A stretch of 60,359 nucleotides of DNA. Source: a virus. Numbering within the stretch: the stretch's first letter is position 1; each line of letters begins with the position of its first letter. Positions 42,817-55,000 of this stretch are shown here, one piece after another. The position numbers were made by a program, and so were the translations under genes. The stretch spans positions 1 through 60,359 of IMG/VR virus record IMGVR_UViG_3300037509_000016. One strand, written 5' to 3'. The notes beneath the pieces are model-generated. The model was not told where the DNA came from. It did not search any database and saw nothing but the letters and a program-made list of their open reading frames with translations.

Positions 42817-44382
42817 ATGCCCAACCCCGACGGCACCCCGAACGCTGAAGATCTCGCCCGAGCAACGCGCGAATCCTCTGGCCTCCAGCGGTGGCTGATG
42901 GATCAGAAGATGGCGGACGCGAGTGCCGCCCGCGAGCAGCAGCAAGCCCAGTTTATGCAGTCGCTGGCCCTGCAGAAGGAGCAGATCGAGATCCAGTGGG
43001 AGGAGTTGGCCCTCTCGAAGGGCGTCCAGTACGCCAACACCTGGAAGGCTGAGCAGGAGGTCCGCCTGCAGGAGGGTGCGCTCCAGATCCAGGCGGGCAA
43101 CCTCGGGCTCGACTACCTCAAGACGGCGGTGGAGTGGGCCAGTACTCCCGACAACTACTACAAGCTGCTCGACTTCGAGATGGGCGCGAAGGGCAGGCAG
43201 GATGTCCCGATGTACCTGCAGGCACTCGAGAACGCCGCCGGCGTCCGTGGCTTCGGCACCCCTGGCGGGATGCCCGATCAGCGTTCGATGGGCGATCTGG
43301 CTAGTTCGCTTGGCTGGCAGGGCTCCGACCAGCAGACCGGTCCCAATCCGTACTGGGGCGGCGGGACGTGGGCCGCGCCTGGTGGTGGTGCCTTCCGTGG
43401 CTTCGAGGATATGCCAGGGCTCGGCTACCAGGAGCGCGTCCAGGACCGGGCCGGGCAGCGGCCACGGGACTACACGCGCGTCGATCAGACTCCTGGCACT
43501 CCGGTTGATGATCGCGCTGCGCGTCGGGCGGCTCGACGAGCGGCAGCTGCCGGCACTGCGACCACGACCGCGACCGCCCCGACCTACACCGGCGCTGGTG
43601 GGGTGGACGCTCGAGGGATGCCGCTCCCTGACCCCAACGGCGTGATCCCCTCTCAGATCGAGCGGGCTCGAGCCGCTGCGACCGGCGACCTTGGCCTCCG
43701 AGCCCAGGCGATGCGCGATCCGCTCGCGGGGACTGCCGCGGCAGGTGTCGTCGATCACGGTGGCCGACCGTACCCGGCGGCTGGCCGTGACGTGGTCGCC
43801 CAGGCGATGCAGGATGGCTATAACACCCCGCTCCCCAACGGGCGCGGATCCGTCCTGCCCACGACCGGCCTGCAGGGGGCGGGCGAGATTGGCGCAGCCG
43901 TTCCTGGCACCACCGACACTGGCGGGCGGCTCATCGGACGGCGGATGGCCCGCAAGATCAGCGAGAACCCCGCCGGCTACGGACCCGAGATGCAGGCCAT
44001 CGCGGACCGTCGGCTGGCAATGTCGCGCGGCGACGTTCGGCGCGACAAGCGGGCAGCGTCGGGTCCAGGTCGCACGATGACCGACGTGAACGGCGACGGC
44101 GTCCCCGATCCGCGCTCCCAGGCGATTGCCGCCATTGCCGCCGCCGTCCCGCCCTCGACCACGCCAGGGATGGACAGCCAGGATGAGATGGCCTACGACG
44201 CGATTGGTCGGATCATGAAGTCGGGCGGCGGCTCGCTCGGAGCGCAGGGGTGGGAGCAACTGTCCCCGACCGCCCAGAGTCTGACCGTGGCCGGCATCAA
44301 GCGCCACCGTGGTGACCCGAGCCAGTTCCTCCACGCCTACAAAGCCAGTCGCCTGACCCAGGGCGATCCGACCGCAGCTTAA
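42817..44382 (+). CDS. Hypothetical virion/internal protein
   Basis: 521 aa. Coiled-coil N-terminus followed by a Gly/Ala/Pro-rich region. Confidence 0.55.
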   Translation: MPNPDGTPNAEDLARATRESSGLQRWLMDQKMADASAAREQQQAQFMQSLALQKEQIEIQWEELALSKGVQYANTWKAEQEVRLQEGALQIQAGNLGLDYLKTAVEWASTPDNYYKLLDFEMGAKGRQDVPMYLQALENAAGVRGFGTPGGMPDQRSMGDLASSLGWQGSDQQTGPNPYWGGGTWAAPGGGAFRGFEDMPGLGYQERVQDRAGQRPRDYTRVDQTPGTPVDDRAARRAARRAAAAGTATTTATAPTYTGAGGVDARGMPLPDPNGVIPSQIERARAAATGDLGLRAQAMRDPLAGTAAAGVVDHGGRPYPAAGRDVVAQAMQDGYNTPLPNGRGSVLPTTGLQGAGEIGAAVPGTTDTGGRLIGRRMARKISENPAGYGPEMQAIADRRLAMSRGDVRRDKRAASGPGRTMTDVNGDGVPDPRSQAIAAIAAAVPPSTTPGMDSQDEMAYDAIGRIMKSGGGSLGAQGWEQLSPTAQSLTVAGIKRHRGDPSQFLHAYKASRLTQGDPTAA

Positions 44383-44391
44383 AGGAGCATC

Positions 44392-45087
44392 ATGAAGGGC
44401 ACCGGCCTCCGCACCGAGCGCGACGAGCGTTCAGCCGCCTACCCCGCCTCGCGCCTGCTCGCCATCGCGGGTGAGGTCGCGCCTACCCACGTCGAGCCCA
44501 AGGACCAGGTCTACCACCGCTCGGCCCCGCGCCTGGATCAGAAGAACCGCCCCGACTGCCATGGTTTCGCGGTGCGCCAGGCAGCCAACTCCGGTCCAAT
44601 CATGACCCTCTCGGGACCGGACGCCACCGCCATCGCTCGGTTGAACTGCGAGCGCGACAGCCGCGTCCACGGCTGGCGTCTCGACTACGACAACGGAGCC
44701 ACGGCAGATTCAGCCGCCGCCACGATGAAGGATCTCGGATGGGCCGAGTCCTACTGGTGGACCAGTCCAGGGATGGCTGGTGCCGACGAGGCGATGGAGT
44801 GGATCTGCCGCGGCGGGACGGTACTGGCAGCCACGCCGTGGGTGGAAAGCCTCGACCGTCCCAACCCACGCACCGGGTGGGTCGAGATCCCGCTCGGGCA
44901 GGAGATCCTGTCCTGGCACCTCTGGCTACTCAGCGGAGCCAGCCGTCGGCTCGGGCGCTGGCGCGGGACCAACTCCTGGGGTAACGACTGGGGCCATCTT
45001 GGATTCTTCCGTGGCGACCGTGACGGGCTGCGGAACCTGTTCGCCATGGGCGGATTCGGAGCCTGCGTTGTGGAGCGACGACCATGA
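44392..45087 (+). CDS. Papain-like (C1-type) cysteine peptidase
   Basis: DQKNRPDCHGFAV has the Q-x5-C spacing seen in papain Q19/C25. ILSWHLWLL supplies a candidate His. GTNSWGNDWGHLGFF matches the NSWG..WG..GY motif. Confidence 0.65.
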   Translation: MKGTGLRTERDERSAAYPASRLLAIAGEVAPTHVEPKDQVYHRSAPRLDQKNRPDCHGFAVRQAANSGPIMTLSGPDATAIARLNCERDSRVHGWRLDYDNGATADSAAATMKDLGWAESYWWTSPGMAGADEAMEWICRGGTVLAATPWVESLDRPNPRTGWVEIPLGQEILSWHLWLLSGASRRLGRWRGTNSWGNDWGHLGFFRGDRDGLRNLFAMGGFGACVVERRP

Positions 45088-45410
45088 GCCGCTGTACCTG
45101 CGTCAAGAAGCACACCCCTCGCGCCCCAAGGGTGCAGAAGCACCACCTGCGCCCGGTGGCCTGGGGCGGTCAGCGCACCCCACAGAACGAGCGCGAGGTC
45201 TGCGGCACGACGCACGACGCGGTTCACGCCCTGCTCAACGAGTCTGTGCGACGGCGCGAGTTTCCGGACGAGGACTTCCTCAAGGGCTATCCCCGCGCTG
45301 CGGTGGAGATCGCCCGCGCGGGAGTTCAGGCTCATCTCGAGGCGACCGGCGGACAGTGGCCGACGCGCTTCACCAGTGGCGATCCGTCCGGTGAAGCCTC
45401 CGGTGAGTAA
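45084..45410 (+). CDS. HNH endonuclease
   Basis: KHHLRPVAWGG...NEREVCGTTHDAVH. Confidence 0.75.
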   Translation: MSRCTCVKKHTPRAPRVQKHHLRPVAWGGQRTPQNEREVCGTTHDAVHALLNESVRRREFPDEDFLKGYPRAAVEIARAGVQAHLEATGGQWPTRFTSGDPSGEASGE

Positions 45411-45567
45411 GGCAGGGCGCGAGTGTCGAACCTGCCGCCGTGCTCGAGGTCGGGTGCTGGTCTGGGCCGAGCGCGGACGGATCTGGCGCTTCGTGGTCTG
45501 CGATCCGTGCATCGCCCGAGTGGACCGTGAGATAGTGATGCTTCGACGTTTGAAGGGAGTAGCGTGA
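45403..45567 (+). CDS. Small zinc-ribbon protein; start uncertain (GTG 45376, 45391 or 45403)
   Basis: ECRTCRR...VCDPC. The stop overlaps the next start (TGATG). Confidence 0.3.
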   Translation: MSKAGRECRTCRRARGRVLVWAERGRIWRFVVCDPCIARVDREIVMLRRLKGVA

Positions 45568-45695
45568 TGCCAGGCAAGAAGATGAACTCGATTAAGAACG
45601 ACAAGCAGTACGAGGCGCTCCGCGACAAGGGGATGAGCAAGGAGAAGGCTGCCAAGATCACCAACGCGAGCGCGAAGAAGAGCAAGAAGAGCTAG
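45567..45695 (+). CDS. 42-aa basic protein of the widespread K..KQYEALR.KGMSKEKAAKI type; not in the ORF track
   Basis: MPGKKMNSIKNDKQYEALRDKGMSKEKAAKITNASAKKSKKS. ATG is 8 nt after AAGGGAG. Confidence 0.55.
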   Translation: MPGKKMNSIKNDKQYEALRDKGMSKEKAAKITNASAKKSKKS

Positions 45696-46000
45696 TGGAC
45701 CGACGGGCGTTCCTGCATCGGGCGGGCGCGGGGCTGGCCGGCATCATCCTGGCCCAGGTCGCGCCGCCGCTCGTCCGTGACCCGATGCGGGTACGGGAGG
45801 GGCTCGGCGGACTCCTGCTGATCGAGAAGCAGATCCTGCTGCCAGAGTCCTGGCAGGAGTGGGGCATCTTCACGCAGCACACTGGCGGCAAGCTCCTCGA
45901 GCGCCGACTCGAGAACGTCTTTCAGCACGCCGACTATCAGATCCTCGGGGGTCAGGCGTTCCTCGACCGCTTCGTCATTCGCACTGCCGTGGGGGGCTAA
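45695..46000 (+). CDS. Small protein with a twin-arginine (Tat)-like N-terminal signal
   Basis: MDRRAFLHRAGAGLAGIILAQVAPP contains RRxFL plus a hydrophobic region. GTG start overlapping the upstream TAG. Confidence 0.45.
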   Translation: MDRRAFLHRAGAGLAGIILAQVAPPLVRDPMRVREGLGGLLLIEKQILLPESWQEWGIFTQHTGGKLLERRLENVFQHADYQILGGQAFLDRFVIRTAVGG

Positions 46001-49000
46001 ATGGGTGTCACGATTCCGCGGTTCCTGCTCGAGGCGGGTGACTCGCTCGACCTGGGTCTCGATATTCGAGGTGCGGTCGAGTCGCTGAACTTTGGGGAGA
46101 CGCGCGACCGCATCGTGCAGGACTTCCAGCGGACCGTGGTGCCCAACATCACCAGCCCGTTCAGTGGGCTGTCCCCTGGCGCGGAGTTGCAGCAGTCCAG
46201 CGGCCCCACTCCGCTGTCCCCTGCTGCCTCGCCTACCCCGATGCGTGACGACTGGTCACAGCCGAGCTCGACGCCGTCGGGCGGGACTGCCGCCCCGATC
46301 CTGCCGAGCTTCGCGCAGCGCCAGGAAGGGTTTGGCGGCTCGCCCAACAGTGGATTCGGCCCGTCCGACTTCGACGGCGGCAACTTTGAGCTGTCCGACA
46401 CCCGCCAGATCGCGCCGCAGTTCTACGACGAGCCCGAGCCCGCGCCTACCCAGACCTTCGGCCCGCCCGAGCGTGACGACTACCGCAAGACCGCGCCCGA
46501 TGCCCAGGGCGGAATGTCTACCGACATTGAGACCTACATCCGCCAGGCAGCCGAGCAGCGCGGGATTGACCCGAATATCGCGGTCAAGGTCGCCAACACC
46601 GAAGGCGGCGTGACCGAAGCCGCCCGCCGTGGCACGTTCTCGACGGGCTCAAGCTGGTGGCCGTTCCAGCTCCACTACGGCGGCAAGGGTTACGAGCATC
46701 TGGGCGATACCGCCGGGATGGGCAACACCTTCACCGAGCGGACCGGCTTCGCTCCCGGCGATCCCGCCGCGGTCTATGCCTCAATCGACTACGCCCTCGA
46801 CCACGCCAAGAACAACGGATGGGGTGCCTGGTACGGAGCCAAGGCCATCGGCATCACCGGTAAGCAGGGTATCAACGACGAGCCGCCCCAGACCTCGCCA
46901 GCCGCTGGCCGTCCTGCCCCGAAGCCGCCCGGCCAGCTTGGGCCTGCTGGTGACTACGACTCGAGCGATATCGAGCACATCAACCAGGTGGCCCTGGCGA
47001 GCCCAACCAAGTGGTCGGAGTGCGGACCCGTCGCTGCTGTGATGGCCGCGCTGCGCCGTGGGAAGGCGTGGACGGTCGAAGAGGCCAAGAACGCTGCCGC
47101 GGCCATGGATCTGTGGTCCGCCGATATGGGGATGCGCGGGCTCGGGGCTGAGGTCAAGCTGCTCAACTCCATGGGGATGACGGCTGCCACCGGTCCCGCC
47201 GAAGAGCGTGCCCTGATCGAGGACACCACCAACGGCAACACGCCGATTATCAGCACCAACAAGCACTACTACATTCTCGACGGCTACGACCCCGCGACTG
47301 GCAAGTTTGACACCGTGACCACCGGCCCGACGATGAAGGGCGGCAAGCGGTGGATGAGCCTCGACGAGATCGCCGCCCAGGGTGGCGGGATTCAGGGCGC
47401 GGCGTTCATCGACAACCCGCGCACCGACAAGCCCTCGATCGTCTCGGACGCCTACTGGGAGCAGGGCGGGCCTGCCACCCGCGCCACGGCTGCCGAAGCG
47501 GTCGAGCCCGACCCGCTGACCGGCGAGCCGCCGAAGCACGGTCTGACGGTCAGCCCCGATGAGCGCAACGAGTGGCAAGACCTGTTCAACAGCTTCTCGA
47601 GCGGGATCGAGGCCATCGACGAGCAGCTGGCTCATGGACGCGACAACGTCCAGAAGTTTGTCAGCGAGGTCGGCGGCGGGGTGGGCGATCTGCTCGGTGG
47701 CGCAGGCGCTGCTGTCGGCGGGGCTGCTGACCGTCTCGGGACCGAATTCCGTGACCGTCTCGACCAGGGGGCGGCTGACGTAGGTGGGGCTGCGGCCAAT
47801 GTCGGCAGCACCTTCGACCAGCTTGGCTCAGGGCTGCGCGGCGGGCTCGACCAGGCAGGCGAGGCTATCGGTGGTCGATTCGACGAGCTTGGTACCGCAG
47901 CTCGAGGGCGGCTCGATCAGGACGCTGCTGACCTTGGGCAGGCCACGACGAGTATCGGGGACACCTTCAGCCAGGCGGGGACGACCGTCCGCAATCGTCT
48001 CGATCAGGACGTTGCCGACCTGGACCGTCTCGGTGGGGATATCCAGAACCTGCAGACGTTCGCAGCCCAGAAGTCCAACGAGCTTGCCGGTGCGCTGAAC
48101 GCCTCGAGTGACACCCTGGCGACGTGGGTCAACGACCAGGCAGCCGCTCCGCTCTCGATCCCCGACCGTGCCGTTGCCGCAGCCCAGGAGACGATCCGCC
48201 AGCTTGACACGCTGGTGACCCAGGAAGCCGAGAAGGCCCGCACTGGCACGAACCCGAACGAGCGGATCGCTGTCGAGATGTTCGACACCATCGGCACCCA
48301 CATCCGCCGCGCTCGAGAAGCCCAGGCGAAGGGTGACACCCAGGGGATGGTGGCCGAGACGCTCAAGGCGACCGTGGCTGCCTCCCCGCGTGGAATGTCG
48401 GCCCAGATTGTGACCGGCGTGGCGGGCGATGCCGCGGCCCAGTTCGGCGGTGACACCACCAACCAGCGAGCCGCTCGAGGTGGGATGGTCAACGTCGAGC
48501 CCGGCGAGGTGGACAAGACCCTCGACGACGCGACGGCCCGAAGCAACGCCCTGCAGCGCGGGCTCCAGAACGCCAAGAGCGGCATTCTCGAGGGTCTCGC
48601 CATCGGTGGCCGTGCCCTCGACCCTGACGGGGACTCGCAGTTCGCCCGCTTTGTCGAGAATGAGGCCGACAAGACGCGCACCTACCTGAACGAGCACCCT
48701 GAGATTCTGCGCCGCCGTGGTGTCGGGGCGACCGGCGAGGAAGGCAACTTTGGGGATGCCATGATCGAGGCGCTGCCTGCCATGGCTGGCACCGTGATCG
48801 GTGGCGGGCTCGGTGTCGCGGCCACCGTCCTTGGTACTCGCCGTGGTGGGGCTGCTGTCGGTGCGCTCGGGACCGTGGTCGGCAAGGCGCAGCTACCGAT
48901 CCTCGGGGTGATGGCGGCGGGCTCGGCTCGCGAGAGTATGGAAGACCTCGTCCAGGACGGGAAGCTCTCGCCGGAGATGGCTGACACCCTGTCCGGTCTT

Positions 49001-52000
49001 GCCGGCGTGGTCGAGGTGGCGACCGAGCGGCTCGGTGTCGAGCAACTGGTGGGGGCGGGTGCTACCCGCATCGCTGCCCGCCAGGCAGCCGAGATCGCCG
49101 CACAGGGCGTGATCAAGCGCGGCTTTGGCACCGTCACCCGCGACACCGCCCAGGCAGCCGTGGCCGAAGGGCTCGAGGAGGTCATCGCCCAGGAGTACGG
49201 CAACGCCGTCCGCATCATCGCCGGCGACGAGCGCACCGACTGGGGCACCGGTGTGGTGGACGCCTTCCTGCTCGGTGGCACGATGGGCGGCGTCATGAGC
49301 GGGGCGATGGGTGCAGCCGAGCTCGGAGCGGACCGCGCCGGCCCTGCCGCTCGAGCCGCCGTCGGAGCGGTGGACCGTGGGCTGACTGCTGCGACCGAGT
49401 CCCCCGCGATGCAGCGCATCGTCCGCCCCGAAGGTGGCACCTCGCTCGGGATGGGCGCGGGTGCCCTCGCGGGCTACACCGCAGGCCCGCGCACCAGCCC
49501 CGAAGGCGAGACTATCGACTACCAGCGTTCGCCGGACGAGACGCCCGCCGGTCCTGCCGAGTCTGCCGAGATGGGCCGTGGCCCAGGTGGTATCCCGCGC
49601 GAGGCAATGCGCGAGGGGCCGAAGGGCGAAGCGGCCAAACGCGCCTGGCAGTCGGTCAAGGGACCGGTGACCCGCGTTCTGAACCAGAAGGCCGCGCAGA
49701 TGCGCCCGCAGGCCGACCCGCCCATCGTCAAGGTCGGCAATGAGCCGCCGCGGCGCTCGACACGGCTGGAGCCGCCAGAGGGGTTCGCTCGCCCTGGCGA
49801 GTTGACCCGCTCGAGTGAGGCGGATCTGCCCAACCGTGAGGTCTTCGAGCGGGTGGCGAAGAAGTTCCCAGAGGTGCGGATGGTGGACGGTGGCTACTTG
49901 CTGCCGAACGACAAGGCCGCGCGGTGGGAGTTGATCGACAAGCTGATCCGCCCGAATGATCGAATGCCGCCCGGTCTCGAGAACCCCGAGATGGAGGCGT
50001 TCCTCGGGAACCTGAACCGTGTTCGCGAGGGCATCGGGACCGGTGAGACGCAGCCCGAGACGATGATCCTGGCGGCGCTGCTCTCAATGGGCTCGATCAA
50101 GCGGGCGGGCTCGAGCGCGACCGGCGCGATTCAGCGAATCTCGAATATCCGCGGCGAGCCACTGGCGGGTGAGGAGCTTGCCGCTCGAGTGCAGCCCAAC
50201 ATCTACCCTCAGGCGAAGGGTGGCGGTCAGGAGCGCGGCATCCTGATGCGCCCCGAAATTCTCTGGTCGATGGTGGCGGGCGACACCACCCGCCCCGAGA
50301 TGATGAAGATGCTGGCGGGGATGACTCGGGCGGGTCAGTTCTCCAGCGAAGAGGCCCGCGAGGCTGCCGTCGAGCAGGGCGTGCGCCAACTGTACAGCGA
50401 GGTCAGTGGTCCAGGATCCGGGTTCGGCGGAGCCAACAACGACGTACAGAACATTCTCGGGCTCAATTACATGGTCAAGGGCGAAGAGATTCAGTCGCAG
50501 ACCCCTGGCTGGACCCAGACCGAAGGCAAGCGGTGGACCGACCTGGTTGACGCGGTGCTCAAGCGCGGTCCCTACACCGGCACGACCGGCGAGGACGCGC
50601 GGAAGAAGCAGGTGACCCGCCAGCTTCGCTTGAGCCCGCGCGGGATCGGACAGGTCAAGACCCGTTTCAATCAGGCGATGGGCGGCTTCCCCGAGTACGC
50701 CACGCTCGACACTCGGATGCTGCGCGACGTGTTCGGAATCAGCCCCAAGGTCGGCAGTCTCTCGACCGACGAGTACGAGCGCCTGTCCGAGCGCCTCTGG
50801 GAGTTGGAGCCCAACAGCAAGTATCTCTACGGTGCGCAGTGGCTGCCGTGGGAGTTCCTGACCGGCGAGCGGGTCAACTACGACTCACTGATCGGCACCT
50901 ACGACCGTGTCAACTCCTTTATGCGCCGAGCCAATGACATGGCCTCGCGCCAGAAGATCCCGCTGGATCAGGCCATCGACCAGCTTGCCGCCACCGAGCA
51001 GCGCGTCAACCTGACCCTCGCAGACCCCGCTCAGGTCGAGGGACGGATCGGTCTGAGCGGTGACGCGCTCCGCGCCCTGCCCCCAGGCGCGGGCATCGGC
51101 CAGGTCCAGAAGGCTGTCCCAGAGCTCTTCCGCCTGATCCGTGACGCCGGCCTCGAGGTGGTCAACCGACCCTCGACCGCGACCGGCGGCTGGATGGGCG
51201 AAGCGACGACGGAGGTACCCGACGGGCGCTACGTCGAGGGCTCGCTCGACCTCGTCCTGCGCGGCCCGAAGCCGGCCCTGCGCTGGTTTGCCGCGGCCAG
51301 TCTCTTCGTCTCCCCTGGCGAGCAGGCTGTCTACGTCGGCTACACCGGCGCGGGCTCGACGAACCAGCACGCCGTGGGCACCTTCACCATCAAGGGCGTG
51401 GACCGAGCCGAGCAGCCCGACTTCGTGCAGCGCCTGCTCGATGTGGTCCCCGACGGTGTGACCGTCCGGACTGGCACCGTTCGGACCGCGAAGGGTGATC
51501 TGATCGTCGAGATCGGCTCGCAGGAATCTGCCGAAGTGGTGCAGGCCACACTCGAGAAGGCTTTGGTCACACTTGCGACAGCAGGGTATACTGTTAGTGA
51601 CCTGGCGGTAACGCCCGCTGAGGTCGAATTCATCGCGCGGGCGGACGCGGAAGCGATCGTGCGCGGCGGTCCGAAGGGGGTATCCGTCAATGGCCCAGGA
51701 ACAGATGTGGGAGGAACTGCGCCGAATCTTCTCGACGCCACCAACGGAGGAGGAGATCGCGCCCCACCGGGAGCGGTTCGCGAAGATGCGGGAGGATCTG
51801 GAGCGCCAGCCGCTGCAGGCACGGATCTCGACCGCGCGGGCGGCACAGCCGCAGGAGGAGCCGCCCCAGGCGTAACGACAGCACCCACCGACACGCCCGC
51901 CCCGCCCGCCGGTCCTCCTGCCGGTGGCGCGGGGCGTTCGCTTGTGGACGAGCTTCGCGACACCCTCCGCAACGAGATGGGCACCATCGCGGGGGAGATC

Positions 52001-55000
52001 CGTACGCAGCTTCGCCAGGAGTTGCTCGGAGGCTCGGCTGCCGCCCCTGCCGCCGCAGGCCGACCGAACAACGACCTCCGCGCCCTGCCCGACGAGACCA
52101 TCCAGCAGTTCCGCACCCGCTTGCACCAGAAGTACGGTGTCGCCAACACCGCAGAGGACTACCCCCGCCTGCTCGAGGAGATTACGGAGGGCGAGCGCCA
52201 GGAGCTGATGCGGATGCGCCGCGAGATCGACGATGTACTCGACGCACCGCCGTCCGGCCAACCCCTGCCGCCAACCCCTGCCGCCCCGACCGGTCCACAG
52301 CCCCGCGCCGCTCGAGGCGCTTCTGGCAGCGGCACCGCGACCATCGGATTCTCGCCGGACTTCTTCCTGAAGGAGATCAACAGCCGCTACCCCGACGATA
52401 AGGGGGCCATCTCGGTCAAGGAGATGGTTCAGAACGCGGTGGACGCTACCAGCGCCCAGATCGCGACCGGCAAGACTACGGACACGCCGCTCACACGGAT
52501 CCTGATCGACCAGCGGACGCGCGAATTCGGGGTCTGGGACCAGGGGACCGGTATGGTCTCGGAGGTGCTCGAGAACGAGTTCGTGAAGTTCGGCGGCTCG
52601 CTCAAGGGCGACAACGCTCGAGGCGGGTTCGGCACCGCCAAGATCGCCATCCTGGGCAACGCCGAGAAGATCGCGCTGGTCTCGGTAGCCGAACGGTGGA
52701 CGGTGACCACGCCCGCTGGCGAGTACTATGCCGCGGCCACCGAGCAGCTGGCCCAGGCGTGGCTGGACAAGCCCGAGAACGCCAGCGTCCGACGGCTGAA
52801 TCCGACCGTCCAGAACGAAGGCGTCTTCGTCAGTGTCGCGCACGGCAACGCTGAGGACTACGTCAACCCTGAGAAGGGGCTGACCACCCGCTTTGCTCGG
52901 TGGGAGGTTCGCCAGGAGCTCCTCGACGACATGTCCATCCCGCTCGAGGTGCGTGACGCCATCGGCGGCTGGCGCGTCCAGGGTGAGACGGTTCCGCCGG
53001 TCGCGTCGGCGGCAGAGGCGGAGGCACCCGAGAGCCGCAACCTGCCAACGGGCTGGAAGATCGACCGCCTGCTCGAGGCCAACGAGAACGACTACGGCGA
53101 CTGGATGAACAACGTCGCCGGTGCGCAGGATACCGACTGGGCGCTCTTCGACCAGAACGGCCAGGTCGTCACGACCGACCGCGCCGTCGGGGGCCGTGGA
53201 CGGACTCGAGCCCAGGCCGAGAGCATCTTCACCGACTACTTCAAGGGGTTCGGATCCGCCACGCGACAGGGACAGCAGTTTGCCCGCGCGATGGCCGAGA
53301 AGCAGAAGGCCCAGAGCCGCGGCCCGCAGCCACAGCCGATTCGACAGGCCAACGGGCTCCCGCGCGGCTGGACCGTCCGCCAGATGCGCGATCTGTCACC
53401 CGCCGATCAGGCCGATATGCGGAGCGAAGGCTTTGTCCCTGACGCCTGGATCCTGCGGACCGGCGATGGAGACGCTATCTCGAGCCTGCCAGGGGAAGCG
53501 GCGCGGAACGCTGGCGAAGCTGCCGAGCAGATCCGCCGTCGGCCCGGCATCGCCACGGCGATCGAGAACGAGCTTCAGGTGCTGGCCCAGGAATACAAGA
53601 TGCCGAAGGGCTGGCGGCTCGCACAACTCGACAACATGGCAGCAGAGGACCGTGGGGCCGTCTTCGACTACGCCAACAACCTGCTGGCGATGCAGCCCGA
53701 AGACCTGGACGGGCGCGATTGGTTCCTGCTGGACGAAAACAATACCGTCATCTTCCACGGCAGCTTTATGCCGAGCGAGGCCACCGCTGGTGCTCGGCAC
53801 CGTGAGGCTGCCTGGGCCAACGTCATCGACTCCCTTGACGAGATTGACGACTACCACACCGAAGCTGCCGACACCCTCCGAGACAACTACGAGGGCACCC
53901 GAGCCGAGCCCGAGTCTACCGAGCCCGTCTACACCGTCCCTGAGGATTGGACATTCGCCCGACTGTCCGACCTTGACGAGAACGCGCGGCGCGAGGTGCA
54001 GGCCCAGGTCGAAGACCCGTCCTTTATCGACGAGCGCGACTGGTACCTGCTCGATCACCGCAACCAGTTGCTCTGGCAGGTTCCCTGGACCGCCGGGATG
54101 GTCTCCAACCCTGCCGCCACGCGCGAGTCTGCCTGGGGCTACGTGCTCGAGAACCTCGACGCGCTTGACGCAGACGGACGGTCCGGTGACGAGATCCGCG
54201 CCACCGCTCAGACCGCAGCCGCGCCGCAGCAAACACCTGGCCCGCGCCAGCCCGCCGACCCAAACGCTCCGCCGCAGGTGGGCACCTATCTCGGGATCCA
54301 GCTACGGAAGGACGCCCGATTCAGCGCCCACCCCACCTCCTGGGACGCCGCGCCCTACCGCAAGTGGATTGATGGCTTCCTGGCCTCGTCGAAGCTGAAC
54401 GACCAGCGCGTCGAGTTCTACGACAACGGTGGGCGGATCGCTGCCCCAACCAACCCTGAGGACACCGCCGACCAGAAGCTGACCACGCTCACGGTGCCAG
54501 GCGCTCAGGTCGATATCTGGATCAGCAAGGCGTACCACTCCGCCCCGCGCCTGCGCGTCAACTACCTGAACAACGGGCTGCCGCAGACGACCGGCACCGT
54601 CGAGTTGAACGAATCGACCAACGTCCCCAAGACCATCGTGGTGGACGTGCGCTCGACCGTCCCTGCTGGCTCGCCCAACTACCCATGGTCTGCCGACCGC
54701 CAGCGGCTCGTCCAGGACGCGGCTACGTCGGTTGATGTGTACCTGACCCGCGAGATTGCCGAAGCAGCCAAGCGAGCCGAGTCCAAGGCGCTGCACAAGG
54801 CGCTCGACTCGGGCTACACCGTCCCGCGAGCCCAGGGCAAGCTGCTGGACACCACCGCGGCAATCCCCGTTGACGTGATGAACCGCTGGCGGCAGCAGCC
54901 CTGGATGCGCCTGATGATGAACGGGGCGGCTCGCGGACACGACGCCCTGACGAAGATGACCGAAGGCAAGCCGAACGAGTTCGACGACTCGTCCTTCCGC

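Noticed and set aside
53121-54398. A 425-aa + strand ORF, together with others such as 24284..24853, 26835..27548 and 55332..55973, in alternative frames.
   Set aside because: They are off-frame within genes that have strong motif support (the giant protein, SLOG/VRR-NUC, small early genes). The translations are Ser/Arg/Pro/Thr-rich low-complexity sequence. Only at the methyltransferase locus does the second frame carry recognisable conserved motifs.
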